A stretch of DNA of 50,029 bases, from assembly GCA_964509645.1 (NCBI GenBank), contig CAZDXV010000001.1:81890-131918 (forward strand). Direction: 5' to 3'. This stretch comes from an uncultured Candidatus Saccharibacteria bacterium (GTDB taxonomy: Bacteria; Patescibacteriota; Minisyncoccia; Minisyncoccales; GWA2-38-27). Shown here piece by piece: positions 8,789 to 18,602 of the stretch. Numbering within the stretch: position 1 is the first letter of the stretch; every line of letters starts with the position of its first letter. Made by a program: the position numbers and the translations under genes. A model generated the notes under the pieces. That model was not told the DNA's origin. It searched no databases and saw only the letters and a program-made list of their open reading frames with translations.

Positions 8789-9409
8789 CTACCTAATCTC
8801 CAGTTCTCCTCTGATCAGCCGGAAGACGTGGTCCGGCTGGACTGGAATCTTGGTGTCGCCGACTTTGTTGCCCTCCTCGTCTTTTCGCCAGACAAGGCGG
8901 CGTCTTCCGTCGGGCTCTACCAGAGGGACCCGAGCTTCCAAATTGACGCTTAGGTGGCGGGCGTTCGGTACCCTTTCTCCGTCTTGGAAAAAGGGGTTTA
9001 GGAACACCCTCACCCTCCAGGCGGAGTCTGCAAGAAGTTTCTGGAGACCCCGGAGGACATCATCTCTCCTTTGCAGAAACTCCTTTGAGGCGGCATTGGT
9101 TCTGGCAAAAGAAAATCTTACCATTTGATACATCTTTCTGCCCCGATGGTCATCAGGGTGATGCCTCTGCTGGGAAAAAGCTCCCACCAGAGAGAACCCG
9201 TGCCGGAAGAGATCTTCAATGATGTTGTAGGTAGAGCATCGCTCCACGGGATCTAGCACTCTTTCACCTGTGCCGCCCCGTTTCCTTCTTTTGCTTTGCT
9301 CCCGGAATTTTTCAAAAGGTTCTTCTTTTACGGAAGGCGGGACCAGCTTTTTGTTAGAAAAACTGAACTGGATTACCACTACTCTAGTTTTCTCGTCGAT
9401 TACCTTCAT
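8789..9409 (-). CDS. Hypothetical protein encoded in a strongly GC-rich segment (possibly truncated or foreign)
   Basis: 206-aa ORF. A spot count of 8821-8880 gives about 60% GC against about 43% at 8581-8640. Shadow ORFs on the opposite strand fit the high GC. No motif recognised. The ORF ends right at the terminator hairpin. Confidence 0.45.
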   Translation of the reverse strand: MKVIDEKTRVVVIQFSFSNKKLVPPSVKEEPFEKFREQSKRRKRGGTGERVLDPVERCSTYNIIEDLFRHGFSLVGAFSQQRHHPDDHRGRKMYQMVRFSFARTNAASKEFLQRRDDVLRGLQKLLADSAWRVRVFLNPFFQDGERVPNARHLSVNLEARVPLVEPDGRRRLVWRKDEEGNKVGDTKIPVQPDHVFRLIRGELEIR

Positions 9410-9541
9410 TCCCTTCTCTCCTTATTTAGGTCTCAAGGTTCCTTTTCTGGTATTATAGCAGAAATATTACTATTGTCAAATAATATTCCTTCTTTTGCTT
9501 TTCAATTATCAATCTTTATGTTATGATAACGCTATACAAAA

Positions 9542-10894
9542 ATGAAAGGAAAGAGAACTACAACAACTTTTATACTTATCCTTGTACTGGCTTTTCTGGC
9601 TGGTACCTTAAGTTATCCTAATTATTTTAATAACGGGATAGACTTTATTAAATCCAAAACAGGAATAAGTTTTCCTCATTTTCCAGAAAAACCTTTTAAG
9701 CTGGGGCTTGACTTGCAAGGAGGAACTCATTTGGTTTATCAGGCAGACCTTTCTAATATTGAAACTGGAAAGTATGGTTCTGCTATGCAGGGATTGAGAG
9801 ATATTATAGAGAGAAGAGTTAATCTGTTTGGAGTTCAAGAGCCCGTAGTTCAGACAGAAAAAACAGGGGATCATTATCGGCTAATTGTAGAGCTGGCGGG
9901 AATAAAAGATCCTGCTCAAGCTATCAAAATGATAGGGGAGACTCCTTTTTTGGAGTTTAAAAAAGCGAGATCTGAAGAGGAGACGGAAAGAATATTATCT
10001 GAGACAGAAGAGGGAGAGATTCCTTTAGAAGATCCCTATTTCAAATCTACAGAGCTTACGGGGCAGTATTTAGAGAAAGCTGAGATGGTCTTTAACCAGA
10101 CTACAGGCCAGCCCTTAATTACTCTTACTTTTGACGATAGGGGGGCTGAAGTATTTGAAAGATTAACAGAAGAAAATGTAGGAAAAGTTTTAGCTATTTA
10201 TATAGATGGAGTTCCTATTTCAACTCCAGTAGTTCAGGATAAAATAACAGGAGGAGAGGCTCAGATAACAGGAGATTTCACGATTCAAGAAGCCAAAGAA
10301 CTGGCTAGAAATCTGAATGCGGGAGCTTTACCTGTTCCAATAGAGCTAGTTTCCCAGCAGTCAGTAGGACCTACCTTGGGAAGCAATTCTTTAGAAAAGA
10401 GTTTGGGGGCCGGTTTATACGGTTTTCTGGCTGTTATAATCTTTTTGGTAATCTTTTACAGATTGCCCGGACTCTTGGCTTCTCTGGCTTTAGCAATCTA
10501 TATTGCGATTATCCTTTCTTTATTCAAGCTGATTCCTGTTACTTTGACTTTGGCCGGGATTGGGGGCTTTATTCTTTCTATTGGAATGGCGGTGGACGCT
10601 AATGTATTGATATTTTCCAGAATAAAAGAGGAGCTTAAGAAAGACCAAAGCTTTTCAGTGGCTTTAGAGGAAGGGTTTAGAAGGAGCTGGCCTTCTATTA
10701 GAGACGGAAATATTACTACCTTGATTGTAGCTTTGATTCTTTTCTGGTTTGGAACCAGCTTTATAAAAGGATTTGCTTTCACCTTAAGCATAGGTATTTT
10801 GGTAAGTATGTTTTCTGCCATCTTTATAACTCAAACCCTTTTAAGAATGATAGCTAAGACTAGCATTACTAAGTTTAAAAAACTGTGGATATGA
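9542..10894 (+). CDS. secD: Protein-export membrane protein SecD
   Basis: 450 aa. LGLDLQGG near the N-terminus, a periplasmic domain, then a C-terminal 6-TM block with GMAVDANVLIFSRIKEE. Confidence 0.92.
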   Translation: MKGKRTTTTFILILVLAFLAGTLSYPNYFNNGIDFIKSKTGISFPHFPEKPFKLGLDLQGGTHLVYQADLSNIETGKYGSAMQGLRDIIERRVNLFGVQEPVVQTEKTGDHYRLIVELAGIKDPAQAIKMIGETPFLEFKKARSEEETERILSETEEGEIPLEDPYFKSTELTGQYLEKAEMVFNQTTGQPLITLTFDDRGAEVFERLTEENVGKVLAIYIDGVPISTPVVQDKITGGEAQITGDFTIQEAKELARNLNAGALPVPIELVSQQSVGPTLGSNSLEKSLGAGLYGFLAVIIFLVIFYRLPGLLASLALAIYIAIILSLFKLIPVTLTLAGIGGFILSIGMAVDANVLIFSRIKEELKKDQSFSVALEEGFRRSWPSIRDGNITTLIVALILFWFGTSFIKGFAFTLSIGILVSMFSAIFITQTLLRMIAKTSITKFKKLWI

Positions 10895-11760
10895 TAAGAT
10901 TTACAAAATACAGAAAAATATATTTTGCCTTTTCCGGGATTTTAATTTTAGCAAGCTTGGTTTTTCTTCTCGTTTTCGGCTTGAGGCCCGGAATAGATTT
11001 TACGGGAGGAAGCATAATGGAAATAGAGTTTCAAGAGAGGCCCTCAAATAAAGAAATAAAAGAGAGCTTGTCTCAGCTTGATTTGGGAGATCTTTATGTT
11101 CAAACCACAGAAGAGAAAGGAGTTATTTTGAGAATGAAGGATATTTCAGAAGAAACTCATCAGAAAATCCTTTCTCAGTTTGAAGAAGCGGAAGAAAAGA
11201 GATTCGAGCTTATAGGTCCTGTTATAGGAGAAGAGCTTAAAGAGAAGACTAAGATAGTGGTTATTCTTGCTCTTTTGGCTATGATAATATACATAGCCTT
11301 AGCTTTCAGAAGAATACAGAGACCCTTAAAGTCCTGGAAATACGGAGTAGTCAGCGTTTTGACTTTATGTCACGACATTCTTATTCCCTTGGGCGTGTTT
11401 TCATTATTGGGCAGATATTATAACGTAGAGATTACAATACCTGTTATTACAGCCCTCTTGGCTGTTTTGGGCTATTCTATAAACAACTCTGTAGTCGTTT
11501 TCGACAGAATAAGAGAAAACCTTTTTAGAAGGGGAGAAACTTTTGAAGAGACAGTGGATATCAGCCTGAACCAGACCTTGTCGCGCCAGATAAACACCTC
11601 CCTGACTACTTTATTTGTTTCCCTGGCTATTTTATTCTTTGGAGGCGCTACTCTCCATTTCTTTGCCTTAGCCCTAGTTCTGGGAATATTGGCTGGGACT
11701 TATTCCTCTATTTTTATTGCAGCTCCTCTTTTGGTAAGCTGGTTGAGATGGCGCTCTTGA
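10885..11760 (+). CDS. secF: Protein-export membrane protein SecF
   Basis: 291 aa with GIDFTGGS, YSINNSVVVFDRIREN and a typical SecF TM layout. Overlaps secD by 10 nt. Confidence 0.92.
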   Translation: MDMIRFTKYRKIYFAFSGILILASLVFLLVFGLRPGIDFTGGSIMEIEFQERPSNKEIKESLSQLDLGDLYVQTTEEKGVILRMKDISEETHQKILSQFEEAEEKRFELIGPVIGEELKEKTKIVVILALLAMIIYIALAFRRIQRPLKSWKYGVVSVLTLCHDILIPLGVFSLLGRYYNVEITIPVITALLAVLGYSINNSVVVFDRIRENLFRRGETFEETVDISLNQTLSRQINTSLTTLFVSLAILFFGGATLHFFALALVLGILAGTYSSIFIAAPLLVSWLRWRS

Positions 11761-11815
11761 CAATAAAGTTTTAAAATGTTTAAATAGAAAAACAATAACA
11801 TAATAGAATAAAAAC

Positions 11816-12820
11816 ATGAGTGTAAACTTCAAAAAAGTATCAAAAGACCTGTTAAAAACTTTAGACGAAAGAACCTCTAGCATAATAGAGAGGAGGTTTG
11901 GTTTGAATTCCGGAGAAGGGGAAACTCTGGAATCTATAGGAAGGTCTTACGGAATTACCAGAGAAAGAGTAAGACAAATAGAAAAAGAGGGTTTTAATAT
12001 TGTTAAAGATAGATCTGAGAAATATCCTCAAGTTTTTGAAGTTTTTAATAAAAGCTTAGATTTAGAGGGAGGATTAAAAAAAGAGGATTATCTCCTTTCT
12101 TCTTTTGGCAAAAACAGAAATGAAATTTATTTCCTTCTTAATTTAAATAAAGATCTGGAAAGGATTCCTGAAAGCGATGACTTTTATTCTTTCTGGATCA
12201 AGAAAGGACAAGACAAAAAAGAGGTTTACAGGGCCGTGAAGACAGCCTTAAAGAAGCTCAAAGAAGAAGGCGCTTCTTTAGGTGCAGAAGAGCTTTACAA
12301 CAGGATAAAGAAGAATGTATCTTTGGATAAAAAAGCCTTTATGTCGGTTTTAGAGGCCTCTAAAAAGACGGGGAAGAATCCAGAAGGGAAATATGGATTA
12401 ACAGAATGGGTTGAAGTAAGTCCTAGGGGCATAAAAGACAAAGCTTATCTGGTTCTTAAAAAAGAATCAGAGCCTCTTCACTTTACTAAAATAGCTTTTA
12501 ACATAGAAAAATCTCCTTTCTTTAAAGACAATAAAGTCCATACGGCGACAGTTCACAACGAGCTTATCAAAGATCCTAGGTTTGTTTTGGTAGGAAGAGG
12601 AATGTATGCCTTGAAAGATTGGGGATACGAGCCCGGAGTAGTTAAAGATGTCATATCCAAGGTTTTAAAAGAAGCTGAGAAACCCCTTACTAAAGAAGAA
12701 GTTTTAGAAAGGGTTTCCCAGAGAAGATACGTAAAAGAAAATACTGTCTTTTTAAATCTTCACGACAAGAAAAACTTTGAAAGAGATTCAGAAGGAAGGT
12801 ATACTGTAAGAGAGAGCTAA
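11816..12820 (+). CDS. Sigma-70 region-4 HTH protein with a C-terminal HARE-HTH-like domain
   Basis: The N-terminus ERRFGL...TLESIGRSYGITRERVRQIEKEG is a sigma region 4.2-type HTH. The C-terminal LHFTKIA...ATVHNELIKDPRFVLVGRGMYALKDWG resembles the RpoE-delta/HARE winged helix. Confidence 0.65.
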   Translation: MSVNFKKVSKDLLKTLDERTSSIIERRFGLNSGEGETLESIGRSYGITRERVRQIEKEGFNIVKDRSEKYPQVFEVFNKSLDLEGGLKKEDYLLSSFGKNRNEIYFLLNLNKDLERIPESDDFYSFWIKKGQDKKEVYRAVKTALKKLKEEGASLGAEELYNRIKKNVSLDKKAFMSVLEASKKTGKNPEGKYGLTEWVEVSPRGIKDKAYLVLKKESEPLHFTKIAFNIEKSPFFKDNKVHTATVHNELIKDPRFVLVGRGMYALKDWGYEPGVVKDVISKVLKEAEKPLTKEEVLERVSQRRYVKENTVFLNLHDKKNFERDSEGRYTVRES

Positions 12821-12856
12821 AAACTCTTTAAAAACTTAATTAGCTTGAGGAAACAA

Positions 12857-14206
12857 ATGTTTTCTGAAATTTTTGGATTTACTTTCGAGATTATTAATAA
12901 TCTTTTTAACTACACAAAACCTGGCCTAACAGTTGCCCGGGAGGTTTTTAAATCATGGTGGTGGCTTCCTTTGCCCTTTATTCTTTGGAGGCCTTTTTTA
13001 TTTCTTTGGCTTTGGTGGAGAAACGACGCATGGATGAAAAATCAGAAATTCATTATTCTGGAGATAATGATTCCCAAAGAGGTACTAAAACCAATGAGGG
13101 CTATGGAGACCGTAATGTTGGCTTTAAGGCAGTCAATTTATCAGCCACCCGACTGGTGGGAAAAGTGGATTGAGGGGCAGGTTCAGCTCTCTTACGGCTT
13201 TGAAATAGCCTCTATAGAGGGAGAGCCCCACTTTTTTATAAGAATGCCAGACTCTATGGAGCATATTGTGGAAGCTGCAATATATGCCCAGTATCCGGAT
13301 GCTGAAATATTTTTGGCGGACGACTATACAAAATATGTTCCGAGTAATATTCCTAGTAAGAACTGGGATCTGTGGGGGGCAGATTATAGGCCCCTAAAAC
13401 CAAATCCTTATCCCATTAAGACCTATGTGGATTTTGAAACAGAAAGAGAAGCTAAAGAGGAAAAAAGAATAGATCCTTTGGCCGGACTTCTTGAAGCCAT
13501 GGCCAAAGTAGGTCCAGGAGAGCAGTTATGGGTTCAATTTATAGCTACTCCTATAACAAATGGAGAGGTGCCTTGGATTACAGAAGGAAAAAAGATAAGG
13601 GACGAATTGTCAAAAAGGGAAACTAAAGACGAAAAAGGAAAGCCGATGATACTGGAAGCTTTAGATGTTGTTCTTTCAGGAGAGCCCCCTAGCGGTAAAA
13701 AAGATGAATCAAAAGATTTTCTTCCTCCAGAAATGAAGCTTACTCCGGGAGAAAGGGATATAGTTTCGGCGATTGAAAAAAAGATTTCAAAACCCGCCTT
13801 TTTAGTTACTTCTCGCTTTATATATCTAGGCAAAAAAGATGTTTTTTACAAACCTAAGCTTCGTTTGGTTTTTGGTTATTATTCTTCTTATGGAACAGAA
13901 AACTTGAATTATTTAGTTCCCTGGGGCGAGACTCTTACCAAAATACACAAGAGCTGGTTTTTACCTTTGAATTTGCTAAGGAATAGAAGGCTTTACTTAA
14001 GAAAAAGAAAGCTGTTTAGAAAATACAAGGCTCGTCTTTATCCTGTTTTTCCTGCTCCTCCCAAATATCCTTCTTCTTTTGTTTTGAATGTAGAGGAGTT
14101 TGCTAGCTTGTATCACTTTCCGGGGAGAGAAGTGGCTCCCACCCCCTTTATTAAAAGAGTTGAAACAAGAAAAGGGGAAGCTCCTTCAACCCTTCCCACA
14201 GAATAA
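12857..14206 (+). CDS. Conserved hypothetical membrane-anchored protein, partner of the downstream VirD4-like ATPase
   Basis: ATG 12857 has a gagga SD 5 nt upstream (the track starts at TTG 12845). N-terminal Trp-rich TM segment (WWWLPLPFILWRPFLFLWLWW). The stop lies 3 nt before the next start. Confidence 0.6.
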   Translation: MFSEIFGFTFEIINNLFNYTKPGLTVAREVFKSWWWLPLPFILWRPFLFLWLWWRNDAWMKNQKFIILEIMIPKEVLKPMRAMETVMLALRQSIYQPPDWWEKWIEGQVQLSYGFEIASIEGEPHFFIRMPDSMEHIVEAAIYAQYPDAEIFLADDYTKYVPSNIPSKNWDLWGADYRPLKPNPYPIKTYVDFETEREAKEEKRIDPLAGLLEAMAKVGPGEQLWVQFIATPITNGEVPWITEGKKIRDELSKRETKDEKGKPMILEALDVVLSGEPPSGKKDESKDFLPPEMKLTPGERDIVSAIEKKISKPAFLVTSRFIYLGKKDVFYKPKLRLVFGYYSSYGTENLNYLVPWGETLTKIHKSWFLPLNLLRNRRLYLRKRKLFRKYKARLYPVFPAPPKYPSSFVLNVEEFASLYHFPGREVAPTPFIKRVETRKGEAPSTLPTE

Positions 14207-14209
14207 TTT

Positions 14210-15829
14210 ATGTCAAAAGATATCAATTTTTTCGGACAGACAAATTACCGGAATATAAATAAGAAATTCGGTATAAAGACAGACGATAGGAGGCGCCACA
14301 TGTATGTTATAGGTAAGACCGGTATGGGAAAGACTGCCTTGTTGAAAAACATGGCTATTCAGGATATCCAGAACGGAAAAGGAATAGGGTTTGTTGACCC
14401 TCACGGAGAGGCGGCGGAAGAACTGCTTCATTTTGTTCCTTCTGAAAGAATTAACGATGTAGTATATTTTAATCCGGCAGATATTGACTATCCTATAGCT
14501 TTTAACGTTATGGAAAGGGTGGGCTTGGAACACAGGCACTTGGTGGCAGGAGGATTAATGGGCGTCTTTAAGAAAATCTGGCCCGATGTCTGGTCTGCCA
14601 GAATGGAATACATTTTAAATAACACAATTTTGGCTTTGCTGGAATATCCGGGATCTACTCTTTTGGGAATAAACAGGATGCTTTCTGATACGGATTATAG
14701 GTCAAAAGTCGTAGAAAAAATTACAGATCCTGTTATTAAAGCTTTCTGGGAAAAAGAGTTTGCCCGCTATGCTCAAAGATACGAAGTTGAAGCTACGGCG
14801 GCTATTCAGAACAAAGTAGGCCAGTTCATATCAGCGCCTGTTATTAGAAATATTATAGGGCAGGTAAAATCCTCAATGAACATAAGAAAGATTATGGATG
14901 AGAAAAAGATCCTGATTCTGAACCTTTCTAAAGGAAGGATAGGGGAGGACAATTCTACTTTGCTGGGAGCTTTACTTATTACCAAGCTTCAGTTGGCGGC
15001 TATGTCTCGAGTAGATATGCCGGAAGAAAAGAGGAACGATTTTTTCTTGTATGTAGATGAATTTCAGAACTTTGCCACAGAATCCTTTACTAATGTTTTA
15101 TCTGAAGCCAGAAAATACAGACTGGCTCTTATCTTGGGCCACCAGTATATAGCTCAGATGGAAGAGGCTGTTAGAGACGCTGTATTCGGTAATGTGGGAA
15201 CTCTGGCTTCTTTTCGGGTGGGAGCTGAAGATGCTGAATTTTTGGAAAAAGAATTTTCTCCTGAGTTTTATGCAGAGGATTTCTGTAATCTTCCCAAATA
15301 TCATATTTACTTAAAACTAATGATAGACGGGGTAGCAGGAAGACCCTTCTCTTCCAATACGCTTCCTCCTTTCCCTCTACCTCAAGAATCCCATGCGGAC
15401 AAGCTTATAAAGGTTTCCCGGGAGAGGTATGGAACCCCAAGAGAAGAGGTGGAAAAGAGCATTGCTGACTGGGCAGGCTTTATAGCAGAAGCTAAAGCTG
15501 ACAACAGCCAGGCGCCGGTTCTTCATAATGCTGTTTGTTCAGTTTGCGGAAAAGAAACAAAAGTTCCTTTCCCCCCCGACGGAAAGAGATCGGTTTACTG
15601 TAAGTCCTGTCTTAAAAAGGTAAGGAAGGGTGCGACATCTCCTGAAAAACCCAAAGAAGAAAAAGCTTCTTCTTCAGCTTCTTTAGAAAAAGCTTTAGAC
15701 GAGCAAACAGTTTCTTTTTCAGGATCTAAAAAAAATTCCAATAAGAAAAAGAAAAAAAAGGTTGATTTACCCGGTCTTAGAGAAACCCTAAAAGAGACTA
15801 TGAGCAAGTCTTCCGATGAAAACGCTTAA
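14210..15829 (+). CDS. VirD4/TraD/TraG-like (FtsK-HerA superfamily) P-loop ATPase with a C-terminal CxxC...CxxC zinc ribbon and a Lys-rich tail
   Basis: Walker A GKTGMGKT, Walker B FFLYVDEFQNF, LILGHQY. C-terminal CSVCGKETKVPFPPDGKRSVYCKSC (CxxC-x17-CxxC type ribbon). Confidence 0.7.
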   Translation: MSKDINFFGQTNYRNINKKFGIKTDDRRRHMYVIGKTGMGKTALLKNMAIQDIQNGKGIGFVDPHGEAAEELLHFVPSERINDVVYFNPADIDYPIAFNVMERVGLEHRHLVAGGLMGVFKKIWPDVWSARMEYILNNTILALLEYPGSTLLGINRMLSDTDYRSKVVEKITDPVIKAFWEKEFARYAQRYEVEATAAIQNKVGQFISAPVIRNIIGQVKSSMNIRKIMDEKKILILNLSKGRIGEDNSTLLGALLITKLQLAAMSRVDMPEEKRNDFFLYVDEFQNFATESFTNVLSEARKYRLALILGHQYIAQMEEAVRDAVFGNVGTLASFRVGAEDAEFLEKEFSPEFYAEDFCNLPKYHIYLKLMIDGVAGRPFSSNTLPPFPLPQESHADKLIKVSRERYGTPREEVEKSIADWAGFIAEAKADNSQAPVLHNAVCSVCGKETKVPFPPDGKRSVYCKSCLKKVRKGATSPEKPKEEKASSSASLEKALDEQTVSFSGSKKNSNKKKKKKVDLPGLRETLKETMSKSSDENA

Positions 15830-16976
15830 AGATTTTAAAGTTGAAAATAAAAGAGTGCTAGTTCGGTGCGATTTCAATGTTCCTTTAAAAGAAGGAGGGG
15901 TTGAGGAGGATTTCAGAATTAGGAAAGCTCTTCCTACCATAAAATATTTAATTGAAAACAAAGCTAAAGTTGTCTTAATGAGCCACTTAGGAAGACCCGG
16001 TGGGGAAAAGAAGGATGATATGTCTTTGAGTCCTGTCCAAGACAAGCTGACAGAACTCCTAGGTCTTTCTGTGGCAAAAGCTCCCGATTGCGTAGGCAGA
16101 AAGATAGAAAGAATGACAAAAAAAATAGAAAAAGGGGAGATTCTTCTTTTGGAAAACTTAAGATTTCACAAGGGAGAGGAAGAAAACGATCCTTCTTTTG
16201 TTAAAGATCTTGCTAGAATGGGGGATATATATATTAATGACGCTTTCGGGGTTTCTCACAGAGCTCATGCTTCTGTAAAGGGAATTGTTTCCTGTCTTCC
16301 TTCCGGGGCAGGTTTTCTTTTAGAGAAAGAGATAAAAGTCCTTTCTTCTGTAAGAGAAAAACCCTGGCGCCCCTTGGTAGCTGTTGTCGGAGGAACTAAA
16401 ATAGAGAGCAAGACCAAGCTTTTAAAAGAGTTTTTGGAAAAAGCGGACCATCTTCTAATAGGAGGGAAAATAGCCAACGCTATTCTGACTGTAAAAGGAA
16501 TTATTGTAGGAAAGCCGTGGCCGTCAGAGAAAGCTGTAAAAGAGATTGAAAAGCTTGATTTTACTTCAACTAAAATGCACCTTCCCTTGGATGCTATAGC
16601 CTCCCCCGATATGACCGGTAAAGAATATACCAGAGAGGCCGCTTCTGCTAAATTAAGAAAAGACGAAAACTTATTGGACATAGGACCTGAAACCGTAAAG
16701 GTGTTTTCCAAAGTGATTAAAGAAGCAAAAATGGTTGTTTGGGCCGGTCCTTTGGGGTATTTTGAACAGAAGCCCTTTGACAAGGGAACTAAAGAAATAG
16801 CTGAAGCTATTGTCAAAAACCACAAAGCGTATAAAATAGTCGGAGGAGGAGACACCATATCAGCTATATCATCTTTTGATTTATTAGAAGGTTTTGATCA
16901 TGTTTCTACCGGAGGAGGAGCTATGCTCCAGTTTCTATCAGGAGAGAAACTGCCGGGCTTGGAAGCGTTAAAATAA
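15816..16976 (+). CDS. pgk: Phosphoglycerate kinase
   Basis: 386 aa with RCDFNVP, SHLGRP, NDAFGVSHRAHAS and STGGGA blocks. Overlaps the upstream gene by 14 nt. Confidence 0.95.
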   Translation: MKTLKDFKVENKRVLVRCDFNVPLKEGGVEEDFRIRKALPTIKYLIENKAKVVLMSHLGRPGGEKKDDMSLSPVQDKLTELLGLSVAKAPDCVGRKIERMTKKIEKGEILLLENLRFHKGEEENDPSFVKDLARMGDIYINDAFGVSHRAHASVKGIVSCLPSGAGFLLEKEIKVLSSVREKPWRPLVAVVGGTKIESKTKLLKEFLEKADHLLIGGKIANAILTVKGIIVGKPWPSEKAVKEIEKLDFTSTKMHLPLDAIASPDMTGKEYTREAASAKLRKDENLLDIGPETVKVFSKVIKEAKMVVWAGPLGYFEQKPFDKGTKEIAEAIVKNHKAYKIVGGGDTISAISSFDLLEGFDHVSTGGGAMLQFLSGEKLPGLEALK

Positions 16977-16977
16977 C

Positions 16978-18126
16978 ATGGAAATAAAGAATTTAAAAAA
17001 AGCAGCTAAAAGAGTATTAAAAGCTGTTAAAAAAGGAGAAAATATAATTGTTTACGGCGACGCTGATTTGGACGGCGTCTCTTCTGTTATAATAGCAGAG
17101 GAAGCTGTAAGAAATGCCGGAAAAAGAGTTGATTTAGTTCATTTTCCAGACAGGGAGATAGAAGGCCACGGCCTTACTTTTGACTCTTTGAAGTTTTTAA
17201 AAGATTACGCCCCGGCTCTTTTAATAGTTTTGGATTGCGGAATAGCTTCTTTTGAAGAGATTAAAAAAGCCAATGATTTAGGGCTTGAGGTTATTGTTAT
17301 AGACCATCACGAAATTTTAGATAAGCTTCCTGAAGCTTCTATTATTGTAGATCCTAAACAAAAAGGTGATAAATATCCCTTTAAGCAATTTTGCGCTGCC
17401 GGATTGGCTTTTAAATTTGCAGAAGAGCTTTTAGGGGATAAAATGACGGGAGCATTAAGAAAGGACTTTTTGGAACTGGCAGCTATAGCTACCGTGGCAG
17501 ATAAAATGCCCCAGACAGACGATAACGAGCTGATAATAGAGGAGGGTTTGTCTACTATAGAGAGCAGCTGGCGTCCCGGTCTTCAGGCCTTATTGAATTT
17601 AAAAGAGTTTAAGAACCTGGAGATAAAGAATAAAGTAAACAAAATTAATTCTCTTCTTAATGTAAGAGATATTGAAGAAAGGATGCCGGCAGCCTACAGG
17701 ATTCTTACAGCACCAGACAGCAGAGAGGCTAAAGAATTATCTTCCCTGCTTTATGAAAAAGGCCTAGAAAGAAAAGAGAAGATATCTGAAATGATAGATG
17801 AGATTGAAAGAAAGATTTACGGAAAAGAGGAGCCCTTAGTTTTTGAAGGAAGTTCTGACTGGCCTGTTCTTCTTTTGGGGGTGGCAGCTTCCATTATTGT
17901 GAAAAGAATAGAAAAGCCCATATTTTTGTATCAAAAGAAAGGAAAAAAAGCGAGAGCTGGAATTAGAGCTCCTTCGGGTTATAACGTAGTAGAGGCCATG
18001 AAGGCCTGCTCTCCTTATTTGGAAGCTTTCGGAGGACATCCGCAGGCAGCAGGCTTTTCAACAGACCTTAAAAAACTGCCGGATTTAAAAGAATGTTTAA
18101 CTGAGTATTTTGAAAATAATGAATAA
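16978..18126 (+). CDS. DHH/DHHA1-family phosphoesterase, short RecJ-like
   Basis: GDADLDGVSS (motif I/II), VIVIDHHE (DHH) and GGHPQAAG (DHHA1 GGGH-like). Confidence 0.75.
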   Translation: MEIKNLKKAAKRVLKAVKKGENIIVYGDADLDGVSSVIIAEEAVRNAGKRVDLVHFPDREIEGHGLTFDSLKFLKDYAPALLIVLDCGIASFEEIKKANDLGLEVIVIDHHEILDKLPEASIIVDPKQKGDKYPFKQFCAAGLAFKFAEELLGDKMTGALRKDFLELAAIATVADKMPQTDDNELIIEEGLSTIESSWRPGLQALLNLKEFKNLEIKNKVNKINSLLNVRDIEERMPAAYRILTAPDSREAKELSSLLYEKGLERKEKISEMIDEIERKIYGKEEPLVFEGSSDWPVLLLGVAASIIVKRIEKPIFLYQKKGKKARAGIRAPSGYNVVEAMKACSPYLEAFGGHPQAAGFSTDLKKLPDLKECLTEYFENNE

Positions 18127-18562
18127 GATAATAATACATACAGACGGAGCTTCAAAGGGAAACCCCGGTCCCGGAGGAATAGGAGTTGTTTTTTGTAATG
18201 AAAAAGGACAGGTTATAAAAAAGTATTCTGAGTACTTGGGAGACAAAGTTACCAACAACGAAGCAGAATACAAAGCTGTTGTCTTTGCTTTGAAAAAGTT
18301 TAAAGCTCTTTTTAGTAAAAAACTAGCTAAGAGTACGGATGTTCAAATAATTTCAGATTCAGAGCTGCTGGTAAAACAGTTAAATGGAAAGTACAAGGTA
18401 TTAGATGAAAAAATCCAGCCCCTCTTTTTGAAAATTTGGAATTTAAAGTTTGACTTCAGAAAAGTAAGCTTTAAATCTGTTAAAAGAGATAAAAACAAAG
18501 AAGCTGACAGTTTGGCTAATAAGGCCGTTGAGGAAAAGAGAGAGGAATTGAAGTTGTTTTAG
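18119..18562 (+). CDS. rnhA: Ribonuclease HI (type 1 RNase H)
   Basis: IIIHTDGASKGNPGPGGIG, NNEAEY, SDSELLV and NKEADSLAN carry the DEDD catalytic residues. ATG 18119 overlaps the upstream stop (ATGAATAA); the track starts at TTG 18110. Confidence 0.85.
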   Translation: MNKIIIHTDGASKGNPGPGGIGVVFCNEKGQVIKKYSEYLGDKVTNNEAEYKAVVFALKKFKALFSKKLAKSTDVQIISDSELLVKQLNGKYKVLDEKIQPLFLKIWNLKFDFRKVSFKSVKRDKNKEADSLANKAVEEKREELKLF

Positions 18563-18570
18563 GAATATTA

Positions 18571-18597
18571 AAAAACTGCCTTCTTGAGGCAGTCTTT
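18571..18597. terminator. Bidirectional terminator shared by rnhA (+) and rnpB (-)
   Basis: ctgcct-tcttg-aggcag hairpin flanked by an A-run and a T-run. Confidence 0.65.
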
Positions 18598-18602
18598 TAA
18601 TA

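Noticed and set aside
8763-9128. Plus-strand ORFs (8763..9128, 8765..8953, 9270..9526) opposite the GC-rich gene.
   Set aside because: These are stop-free shadow frames, expected in about 60% GC DNA. They begin inside the terminator hairpin and lack SDs. The minus-strand ORF is longer and has a plausible start context.
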